A stretch of DNA of 64,000 bases from positions 136,710,001 to 136,774,000 of the forward strand of contig OX597818.1 of NCBI GenBank assembly GCA_951406725.2, read 5' to 3'. Positions 54,447 to 64,000 of this stretch are shown one piece after another (position 1 is the stretch's first letter; every line of letters begins with the position of its first letter). The translations under genes were made by a program, and so were the position numbers. The notes beneath the pieces are model-generated. The model did no database searches, was not told where the DNA came from, and saw nothing but the letters and a program-made list of their open reading frames with translations. The stretch comes from Octopus vulgaris. Taxonomy: Eukaryota.

Positions 54447-54557
54447 TTCTGGTTATACCAAAGCAGAATACTGAAGGAATGACACAGACTCTGTGTGTGT
54501 GTGTGTGTGTGTAGAGGATGCATGTAAGTGCACACGAGCATAGAAATACTCAACAAA

Positions 54558-54601
54558 CTATCACCTGAAGAGCCAGGAGGTGAAACTCAGTGTCATAATA
54601 G
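54558..54601 (+). ncRNA. Degenerate type I hammerhead-like motif
   Basis: ctatcac-CTGAAGA-gcc-agga-ggt-GAAA-ctcagt-GTC-ataatag. Intact core and GUC triplet, two mismatches in stem I. Confidence 0.55.
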
Positions 54602-56099
54602 CAAAATTTCGGCTTTTGTGTGCGTATGTGTATATGCAGGTAGATGCATTCATTTGTTAATGGGTCTGAAATCGAGAAATAGATTTATCAAAGTTTTAAA
54701 ATGAAAGTAAGTATAAGGTTTCACAGATTCAAATATTATGACAAGGAAGCGGTGTGTAGGAAGGGGGCGGAGGTTGCCATCATAATAAACGTTTGACAAA
54801 ACCTCCGTATTAGCCATTATTGTGAATATATCATACTTATGGGTCATCAGAAAATTACCAACTGACAAAACTACTATGTCACTGGATCAATACTGAATGA
54901 AATTCTTTAAAACCAGACACACAAGTACTGGCAATAACAGCTAGAAGACTTATTATTATTAGAGAGTGAGAGAGAGAGAGAAAGAGAGAGGGCGAGAGAG
55001 ACAATATCTGCTGGTGGTGCTACAACAAACCATTTAAATGCATCTTGAATAAATTTAATGTGTACAAGCTCTGTTGTCCATTTTCAGCCTCAGTCTTTGT
55101 CATATGTCAGGTTAGAATTATGCAAAGCTCTAAATAGCTGAGAGACTCTGTGTGTGTATGTCTGTGTGTGTGTGTGTGTGTTTTAGAAAGTTCATATCTA
55201 TAATAGGCATAAATACACAAACACATGTGTACATAAGTAGGAATAAGAGAAATATTAAGCAACAGAATTTTCAGTGCTACGTGTGTGTGTGTGTGTGTGT
55301 GTGTGTAGCATCGCCAAAAGGTTAAGAAGGTCACTTCACAATCGTAAGGTCTCACATTCAATTTTCTTTGTAGCATCTTGAGCAAGAGTCATTTTACCCA
55401 TAATCTTGAACTGACTAAATCTTGTGAGTGACATTGAGTAAACAGAAACTGTTTGGAATCCTATTGGATGGATCGTATCTGCCACACACTGTAACGTGCT
55501 GATTCTGCCACATACACACTAATTCAGTGAGCAGGGAAATTCTGTTGGTCTAATTATTAAATCAAGATGACAAAGGACCAAGATATCTGGCATCTTGCTA
55601 TACTCAAGAAGATCCGTCCACCACAGCAGAATGGATATTGATGCTAGTGCCACATAAAAAGCTCTCAGTACACTCTGTGAAGTGGTTGGCATTAGGAAGG
55701 GCTTCCAGCTGTAGAAACCATGCAGGAATATATAATGGAATCTAGTGGAACCTCCGGCGTTACCAGCTCTGGTCAGACTGTTCATCCCATGCTAGCATGG
55801 AAAACAGAGGTTAAAGGATGATGATGATGATCATCATCATTATCATTGAAAGCAACAGACTATGAAAGTCATTGCTCTAATGAGTGCTCAGTACAAGTGT
55901 GTGTAGTAGAGTGATTATCTTTATTTTCCCTGCTTCAGCAAATCAAGCAATATACTGTCTTAATCCTTTCGTTACTGTATTTATTTTGAGATGTTCTATG
56001 TTTCTTTCAATTACTTTAAATACAACAAAGAATTTAGTAAAATAACTCAGTTATCATTTAACTAGTGTTAGGAACATAAATTGTGACTAAGGTTTGGAT

Positions 56100-56640
56100 G
56101 CAAGATGGCTCTAGAATCTGGCGCATTCATTCCTCATTGTGTCTCTGAGAAGATCTCCGAACACTTCCTTCAATTTGGCCACCAGCAGAGCCATGGTGCT
56201 GCAGGTAGAGTGGTTGGTGTCTTTCTCATCTGTGCCCCCCTCATAAAGTAATCAGGGGAACTAGAAGGCCAGAAATTAAGGCTGGCGAAATCATAGAAAT
56301 TCTCCAACATTTAGCTTTGACCCTTTCCAAAGGTATGGTAAGGAGCTGAATCCTATTGTTACAACACATGACCTTCCAGCAGCAATCCTCTCCAGCTGGA
56401 CTTTGACACAATCTTCAGCAGCTTCACAGCTGACTGAATTGAGCCTAAGGTTCTGTTTGAAGACATGGAGATGAATTCTGGTGCATGGAGGCAGGCAGAA
56501 CACCTGCTGTGCCCTTTCCTGCTGGCCACAGCTTTGTAGTCTCTATTACAGCTGACCATGTCATATCTTACAGCCTTTTCTGTGTTTACAGAGCATTGAG
56601 CAGCAGTCATGAGGCTGGCATTTTGATACCCAGTGTGAAT
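56100..56640 (-). pseudogene. Decayed Tc1/mariner-superfamily transposase (maT/DD37D-like)
   Basis: Minus strand QDSAPYHT and MLENFYDFASLNFWPSSSPD (cf. WPPSSPDLNPLDY). A SINE lies directly next to it at 56648. Confidence 0.75.
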
Positions 56641-56647
56641 CATCATG

Positions 56648-57026
56648 GTGGAGGCGCAATGGCCCAGTGGTTAGGGCAGCGGACTCATGGTCATAGGATT
56701 GCAGTTTCGATTCCAGACCGGGCGTTGTGAGTGTTTATTGAGCGAAAACACCTAAAGCTCCACGAGGCTCCGGCAGGGGATGGTGGTGATCCCTGCTGTA
56801 CTCTTTCACCACAACTTTCTCTCACTCTTACTTCCTGTTTCTGATGTACCTGTTTTTCAAAGGGCCGGCCTTGTCACTCTCTGTGTCACGCTGAATATCC
56901 CTGAGAACTACGGTAAGGGTACACGTGTCTGTGGAGTGCTCGGCCACTTACACGTTAATTTCACGAGCAGGCTGTTCCGTTGATTCGGATCAACCGGAAT
57001 CCTCGTCATCGTAACCGACGGAGTGC
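56648..57026 (+). mobile_element. Family E-headed SINE with a different 3' half, 12-bp TSD
   Basis: TSD tgaatcatcatg at 56636-56647 and 57027-57038. The first ~180 nt match family E and the rest does not. Confidence 0.9.
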
Positions 57027-57241
57027 TGAATCATCATGATACAGGTAACTCTATTCCAGTATCCAGATAACTTCCAGTCCTTCATGTCAGCTAACATTTT
57101 CTCAACTACAACTTTGATCTTTATGCTCTTCAATGCCATCGACCATTCACTAATAGATTAAGATGTTCCTGAAAAAAAGTGGACATTAAAAATCATCAAA
57201 TTTAGTCCAAACACTCAGTGTACATTACTTTAAGTTACAAC

Positions 57242-57287
57242 TTGCCTGAAAACTCTGAGCACCCACAGGCGAAACTCAGAGTAGCAA
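57242..57287 (+). ncRNA. Degenerate type I hammerhead-like motif
   Basis: ttgc-CTGAAAA-ctctg..caggc-GAAA-ctcagagt-A-gcaa. Stem I ttgc/gcaa, stem III actc/gagt, G8-to-A change in the core. Confidence 0.55.
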
Positions 57288-57592
57288 AGGACTGACTCGA
57301 TCAAAATATAATATTAATCCCTACATTAGTAGGAAGTGTGCTTTTCTTTAACAGTTAACACTAAATGGGTATATAAATATTATTACTACGTTTAAATATT
57401 TGTTGTGCAAGATTTACGTTTAAATATTTGTTGTGCAAGATTTTTTATGTGAAGTCGTGTGTTGAAACAGATATTGTTATATTTCGGAATGGTCATATTG
57501 CCAGTTTAGCCAATAAAAACACACGCACTATATATTTGGTGTTATTTTGCTTCAGTGATATTTATTTTTTACATTAATCTTAATCTTATTTC

Positions 57593-57636
57593 GGCCAAAG
57601 TTCTTTCGTCACACTCCTGTGACCGCATCAGTGGTC
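57593..57636 (-). ncRNA. Type I hammerhead-like motif in the PLE 3' region (CUGAUGC core variant)
   Basis: Minus strand gacca-CTGATGC-g-gtcaca-ggag-tgtgac-GAAA-gaactt-tggcc. Perfect 6-bp stem II, stem I gacca/tggcc with one mismatch, ~480 nt downstream of the PLE stop codon. Confidence 0.65.
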
Positions 57637-57956
57637 CTTTGTTTTCTTCTCACTTACTTGTGTCTCTCCTTACTAACCGTCAGCCATTTTGTATTTCTAT
57701 TGTATGTCTTCATTTGCGCATGCTTATATCTCTATGTGCGTCTATGTTTATTTAGTGTGTGTGTGGGGGGGATGCCTGTAATATTTGTATCTTCTGGTTA
57801 TATACATTCTTGTAATTTGTATTTTGTTTTTGTTGTTATTGCTTTTGTTCTAATTTTGTTCATGTGTTTACATCCACCCATTATTATCATTACATATACT
57901 TGTATGTATGTATAACAACAATATTAGTAATAATAATAATAAATCTAATCGAAAAA

Positions 57957-57997
<41 letters not shown>

Positions 57998-58115
57998 TAC
58001 ACACATACATACACATATACATATATATATATATACACATATACATATATATAGTTATTCATTTCTATTTCTTTAATTATTTGTGTATTTATTATGTTTG
58101 CAGGATCCACTATCG

Positions 58116-58727
58116 TCATATGTTGTGGTGTGTGCTATTGCTCCATTCTAGTTTTCTATTCAGGCTAGGTTTATTTTCTATTATATGTGTAGCTTCTGTA
58201 ATTTGTCTAATTGTTGCATCTGTTCTATGTGTGGACAATATCTTAATCTCTATGTTATTGATTGATCCCCCGTGTTCTTGTTCGGCGTGTTGGTACAGAA
58301 TCGATGAGCTTTTACCTTCCTTGAGTTGTCTCCAATGTTCATTCACCCGCTCTCCAATGCTTCTTGCTGTTTCCCCTACGTATGTTACTGTCTTGTTACT
58401 GCATCGTCCCTCTATACTTCTTATACTATAGACCACATTTCTGGCTTTACAGTTTGTTTGTGGGCTAAATCTACATACAGTGCAATAGTTATCCGTACAG
58501 AGAGTTCTACTAAAAGGATAGGTTCTACCAATTATAGATCTGATAGGGTTGCCTGGCTTTTCAACAACCTTAATTCTTAGTTTAAGTTTATCTAGGGTCC
58601 TTCTAAAGCGGTACGCCAGTTCACCTCCAGGGGTGGTGTCAACGAACATGACACTCTGGTATTTATGGCTATCATACCAAGAGTTGGCCTTCCCTATTTT
58701 CTTTTTGTCCTTTCTATAGTGTTCCAT
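58116..58727 (-). CDS. PLE linker and C-terminal GIY-YIG endonuclease (frameshifted continuation of the RT ORF)
   Basis: CTDNYCTVC Cys linker, NVVY...YVGET, ARSIGERVNEH, ILYQHAEQEH, RQITEATHI, KPSLNRK. It joins the RT frame if one A is restored near 58702-58706. Confidence 0.92.
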   Translation of the reverse strand: MEHYRKDKKKIGKANSWYDSHKYQSVMFVDTTPGGELAYRFRRTLDKLKLRIKVVEKPGNPIRSIIGRTYPFSRTLCTDNYCTVCRFSPQTNCKARNVVYSIRSIEGRCSNKTVTYVGETARSIGERVNEHWRQLKEGKSSSILYQHAEQEHGGSINNIEIKILSTHRTDATIRQITEATHIIENKPSLNRKLEWSNSTHHNI

Positions 58728-59600
58728 GACTTGTTCCTATAGAGTGGGCAAATCCCATTCCTATCATTACATAATATATTATCAAATTTCTTCATGGCTC
58801 CTTTGTATACTCTGATCCTTTCTTTATGGCTGTAACCTGAGAACTGCATGCGGTGAATGAAATACTGTATGTGTCTCTTTAATTCTGTAGGCTCGCACAT
58901 GCGTGACACATTTCTCATTATTCTGACGAGGTCTGCCATCAAAATATTGAATTTGGCATTGCCCGCAATGGCTGAGTTCCGGTGGATCAGATATTTTGAG
59001 GCCATAGGTTTTGCATAGTATGAATGAAGGATTTGGGTTTTATTCTTCACAATTTCTAGCCAGAGTTCAGTGTCTAGTACTGGTAGTCTATGGTTGGGGT
59101 GTTTAGTGGGGTAGTCTATTGTGACCTTAATACTCTGGTGGATGGAGTTAGCTATTTGCTGGATGCTCTCCATAGTATTAGTTTCTATTACTATATCAAC
59201 ATTACTCTCTTGTGGAGGTGCCTTTACTACTATATTGATATCATCAACATAGCGAGAGTACATGTTTACGAGTATGGATTTCTGCAGTAGGCATTCTTTA
59301 AGCCTTCTGTCCCACCATACCATGAAGAGGTTGGCCACATCACCAGCGATACTAACACCGATGGCTGCCCCCTCGTCCTGGGCATATATTTTATTATTAA
59401 ATTTAAATGTGTGGCCTTTTAGGGTAACTCTTATACTAGCTCCTAGTGCATGTGCGATCATTTTCTTTACCTGATGGACATTTGCGGGGCTCCGTATTGC
59501 TCTGGTCCATCCGCGCCATCTTTCTATATGTGTCTTCCTAGCCATAGAAGTAATTGTAGGCGGTCTACCTCTTAAACATCTACTTAAACATCTATTATCT
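58694..59600 (-). CDS. Penelope-like element reverse transcriptase, 5'-truncated
   Basis: ORF 58694..59671 holds FKFNNKIYAQDEGAAIG, YSRYVDD, TIDYP...LPVLD and HSYYAKP...YLIHRNSA, matching PLE RT core and thumb motifs. The first ~25 residues look like flanking DNA. Confidence 0.93.
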
Positions 59601-61354
59601 AGTTGTGTCTGGGGAGAGTCATTTTCTTTTTGTGCCTTATGATTTAACACACTCACCAATAAAATTTCCACTTAATTCTAATGAAATACTATTATTTATA
59701 TAATGTTATAATCTCATGACAGTGAATTGATATTGTTAAACAAAGGTTTCAAGCTGAAAACACAGAAATAAATTGAGCAATTATTGGACATGGTTGATAA
59801 TTGCTAAATTTGTCTCTATCCTTCATAATCATCAGAAATAATATACGATGGTCATTGCTGAAATGTCTTTAATCAAAAGATGTTCAGAACTTACTAGGAA
59901 GTAAACAATAGAAACAATAACAGCAACAACAACTCATATATAAAATATGCAGATCAATTTTTAAACTATGGAAGCACAAAATGTTCAAAAAAAAGATAAA
60001 AAGGGAAAAATCCAGATTTGTAATCTTTATTGGTTTCATAAGAAAGGGGAGATATTTACAAAGTAAATAATCTCCAAGCAGTCAAATACAGAACTTGGTG
60101 TTGTGGTAACCAGTCACAGAAACAACACATTGATGTAAAAGCAACGATGTATATTATTTATTCAAATGTAGAGATTATAATCAAAGATTTATTCTGACTG
60201 AACTACAATGTACAAGAGACAAAAATAAGTGGGGGAAAAAAAAAGGTTCTCCTAGTTAGCTATTGATAAATGCAACTTAAAATGGTACAGTGACTTATTG
60301 ATCGATACAAGCAATATGACTATAGCATAAATTGACAGCCTGGCAACTCCAAGAGCTTCAACGATATATCATTCTTAAGACAAAACTAGAATGCCATTAA
60401 GCTAATATTGGACATGTCAGTTCAAGAATGGAATCTGTGAGTAAAAAGAATTGCAAAACAATTGTAAAGCGCCACTTGAAAATACTTATTCATTTAGAAG
60501 GAAAACGGTTGACTGACTAAAATAAAGAGAATCCATTGATAAAGATAGTCAATGGAATAATGAATAAAGAACAATGAGGGAAAAAATGTCAAAGAAAAAA
60601 AAAGACCGAAATTGTGAGAAGGACAAAAGATTGATTATGAAGATATAAGATATAGAAGAAAATGTTCTGTTTGACGGACTGTTTTCTATTAGAATGAAAT
60701 GAATATGTCAGAATATATACATAATTCTATCATAGTGGAATTTGTTGAGACTACACTGAAATCAGGAAATAATTCGTTGGAACTGATTAAAAGAAGGAAT
60801 GGAAAGAGGGAAGGATAAAATAAATAAAGGAATGAATGAATGAAAGCAATAATCTAAATATAGATGTGGATAAATATGGTCCATTTTAAATATTAAAATT
60901 GCTGGCCGGCAAGATTATATAACCACTATGATGGTGATGCTGGTGATGGTGGTGGTGGTGGTGGTGGTGATGTTGGCAATGGTATTGATGATATCGGTGG
61001 TGGTGGTCGTAGTGATGATTGTAATGGTGAGAAGAAGCTGGCTGCAATAAAGTGATGAGGCTGAAGCTGTTTTTTGGGAAATAATGAATAAATGATATCC
61101 CACAGGATTTGTAAATGAATGTCAACTCTAGAACTACACATGACCAATAAAGGAATCAATATAATACACTGGTTCCATAATGACTAACCATTATTTCCAA
61201 TAAATTCTTCTACTCAGGACAATACATTAATGATTGGGATACAATTTTGATATTGTGCTCATTGTTTTTTCATATTATTAATAATTTTGCATGATTTTTG
61301 AGTACAATTCGGCCCTTTAGCATGTAAAAGGTGCTGTTAGATAACTGCACAAAC

Positions 61355-61560
61355 TAATTTAACCATTTATATAATGTAGTCTATATATAATTAACCATTT
61401 ATATATTTTAACCATCTAGATAATTTAATCATCTAAACAATTTAGCCAGCTAAGTAACTGAAGTTGTCTGTATATTTTAAGTCATCTATATAGTTAGTTA
61501 TTTATATAATTTAGCCACCTACACAATTTAAGCCATCACTATAATTTAGCTACGTTAATT
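61355..61560. repeat. Degenerate ~20-bp minisatellite
   Basis: Recurring aatttaaccat(t/c)tatat. Confidence 0.7.
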
Positions 61561-61617
61561 TTTCACAATTATGTTTATTATTATTATTAGTAGTTCTTTC
61601 ATAAAGAATTGCAAAAG

Positions 61618-61656
61618 TATACTGATGAGGTTGAATAATATTGAAATATGTCTAGA
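61618..61656 (+). ncRNA. Possible decayed hammerhead-like motif
   Basis: CTGATGA-ggttgaataatatt-GAAA-tat-GTC. Core spacing is right but stems I and II are weak. Confidence 0.35.
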
Positions 61657-62499
61657 GTTGTCTCCCATACTCGCTGATATGATTTAAAGAACACTTGTCA
61701 TAGAGCTCGCGTTGTCTTTTCCTCACCACATATATACGTCTGATTAAAATTATGGTACTTTCTGTATTAAATAAATCAACACTAATTTAATAATATATTT
61801 TAACTCATCTATAATTAAAAGGTGGTGAGCTGGCAGAAACGTTAGCGTGCCGGGCAAAATGTGAAATATTTCGTCTGTCGTTATGTTGTGAGTTCAAATT
61901 CCGCTGAGGTCAACTTTGCCTTTCATCCTTTCAGGGTCGATAAATTAAGTACCAGTTACGCACAGGGGTCGATGTAATCGACTTAATCCCTTTGTCTGTC
62001 CTTGTTTGACCCTCTATGTTTAGCTCCTTGTGGGCAGCAAAGAAATATATAATTAAACAGCCTACATCTTTTAGGCTGTCTATAAATTAATATCACTTTC
62101 CTTATTTCAATCACTTATAATTGGTTCCGGACAAATGGTAAAGTAAAGTCAGTTAGCTGTTGCATGCAAGACTTTTGTTTGATGACTGAACATGTTGGGC
62201 AGTTCCATGATCACTACTTTGATACACATGGATACACAATATAGTGGGATCAAAGTTTTTGGCTTCTTTGATTTAAATGACATAAGCATTTACAACAGTT
62301 TAGGTAAAATACTGATTACTCAATTTTTGCCTTTGATTTATAATACAAAACACTTTAAAATAAGTGGTTTGTACTTATAAAGCCAGAAGTAGATTTGGTA
62401 TTGAAAGCAACCACTTTCAACAACTGTTATTCATTTAATTTCAGTTTTTCCATGCTAGCATAGCTTGAATAGGAATCGGTTTTGAGGCAAGATTTTACA

Positions 62500-62905
62500 G
62501 GCACTGGAGTGGCTGTGTGGTAAGTAGCTTGCTTACCAACCACATGGTTCCAGGTTCAGTCCCACTGCGTTGCACCTTGGGCAAGTGTCTTCTACTATAG
62601 TGTCGGGTCGACCAAAGCCTTGTGAGTGGATTTGGTAGACGGAAACTGAAAAAAGCCTGTTGTATATATGTATATGTATGTGTGTGTGTGTTTGTGTGTC
62701 TGTGTTTGTCCCCCCCCCCCCAACATCACTTGACAACCGATGGTGGTGTGTTTACATCTCCGTAACTTAGCAGTTTGGCAAAAGAGACTGATAGAATAAG
62801 TACTAGGCTTACAAAGAATAAGTCTTGGGGGCGATTTGCTCGACTACAGGCAGTGTGCCTGCATGTCCACAGTCAAATGACTGAAACAAGTAAAAGAGTA
62901 AAGGA
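62500..62905 (+). mobile_element. Family A SINE
   Basis: Full-length match to 7117-7518. Confidence 0.9.
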
Positions 62906-63351
62906 GAGCTCTTTTTGTCTCCAACCTTCACTTGTTTTTAGGCAAGAAACTTTTATATTCTAAAAATACAGCCCTTACCCCCAAATGCACAAAATAAATG
63001 CATTCATACAAACATTCATACAAACATTCATACATAAAAAGACAACAAATGGAAAATATGACCTACCTATACATATATAATTTTTTAAAATGTGTAGTTA
63101 ATAAACAAACGAACATATACTAAATACACAGGTGGACGGAAAACAGGTAATCAATACTTCATCAGTTATCAGTGAGAGGAGTCAATCGCAATTCAGCCCT
63201 TATCGATGATATTGCTTCCACTCTGGAGGTACCAACAAGAAACTTGCCGGGAATTGGACCTAAACATAACAAAACGAAACAAGCTCAAGACAAGACCATT
63301 AGTGGATGAACGGGGAACAAAACAATGAACAGAATAAAGGCTTTGGGCCAC

Positions 63352-63797
63352 ATCATCATCATCATCGTTTAACGTCCGCTTTCCGCGCCAGCACGGGTTG
63401 GACGGTTCGACCGGGGTATGGGAAGCCAGGGGCTGCACCAGGCTCCAGTCTGATCTGGCAGTGTTTCTACAGCTGGATGCCCTTCCTAATGCCAACCACT
63501 CCGCAAGTGTAGTGGGTGCTTTTTACGTGCCACCTGCACAGGTGCCAGGGGGGTCTGGCATCGGCCACGATCAGTTGGTGCTGTTAATGTGCCACCGGCA
63601 TGGAAGCCAGTCAAGGCGGCGCTGGCATCGGCCACGATCGGTTGGTGCTTTTAATGTGCCACCGGCACAGAAGCCAGCCAAGGCGGCGCTGGCATCGGCC
63701 ACATTCAGATGGTGCTTTTTATGTGCCACCGGCACAGAAGCCAGTCGAGGCGGTGCTGGCATCGGCCACGTTTGGATGGTGCTTTTTATGTGCCATG
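63352..63797 (-). mobile_element. Family D: RTE-associated 3' UTR element with (GAT)n tail and 62/67-bp tandem units
   Basis: Ends ggaaagcggacgttaaacgatgatg in sense. Related copies at ~5245-5550, 15246-15570, 23080-23440, 36050-36350, 41478-41820, 46050-46220, 51525-51640, 52210-52625, 53505-53665, 55640-55845. At 52225 and ~15500 it directly follows an RTE ORF end (YAVLEKT). Confidence 0.8.
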
Positions 63798-64000
63798 AAG
63801 ACAACAATTAATAATGATAATGAATATACAATGTAAAACCTTGGGGCTGCAAGACAAGACAAAAATGGGTAATGCAACGGAGAAATGAAAACTGTCCTAA
63901 AGGATTATACATGGGGAAGGGTAGAGTGAGGAGCTCAGAAAATTGTGTCCAGTATGGTCAAAGGCAATGCAAAAAAGAATGACACTGCCTTAGGTTGTCA

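Larger units (their letters stand above)
57387..59600 (-). mobile_element. Penelope-like retroelement (C-terminal endonuclease type) with 3' pseudo-LTR region
   Basis: RT plus GIY-YIG ORFs, then an AT-rich 3' region with (TA)n and a hammerhead-like motif. A 12-bp tandem duplication (cttaaacatcta x2, ~59571-59594) lies at the 5' junction and a ~28-bp tandem duplication near 57387-57443. Boundaries approximate. Confidence 0.85.

Noticed and set aside
58694-58727. Programmed ribosomal frameshift between RT and endonuclease
   Set aside because: No X XXY YYZ slippery heptamer in the RT frame, and PLEs normally have a single ORF. A 1-bp deletion or sequencing error is simpler.
59700-60900. A-rich stretch that might be a decayed retroelement ORF
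   Set aside because: No recognisable motifs in any frame I could read.

Overview
AT-rich, microsatellite-dense eukaryotic DNA with no recognisable host gene. The mix of tRNA-derived SINEs and (TA)n/(TAA)n/(GAT)n arrays suggests a coleoid cephalopod such as Octopus (inference). Most ORFs in the supplied track are microsatellite or SINE read-through. Real coding signal comes only from transposons: a nearly intact, 5'-truncated Penelope-like element (PLE; RT plus C-terminal GIY-YIG endonuclease, one frameshift) at about 57.4-59.6 kb, and decayed PLE, RTE, R4/Dong and Tc1/mariner fragments. Non-autonomous elements include several SINE families, a ~555-bp (TAA)n-embedded element, two Helitrons, and piggyBac-, Tigger- and Merlin/hAT-like MITEs. 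The most striking signal is about nine type I hammerhead-ribozyme-like motifs from several unrelated sequence contexts, mostly with the palindromic minimal stem III typical of PLEs. A repeat-free island at 13.8-14.5 kb may be a promoter or enhancer. Coordinates were read by eye and family labels A-E are my own.
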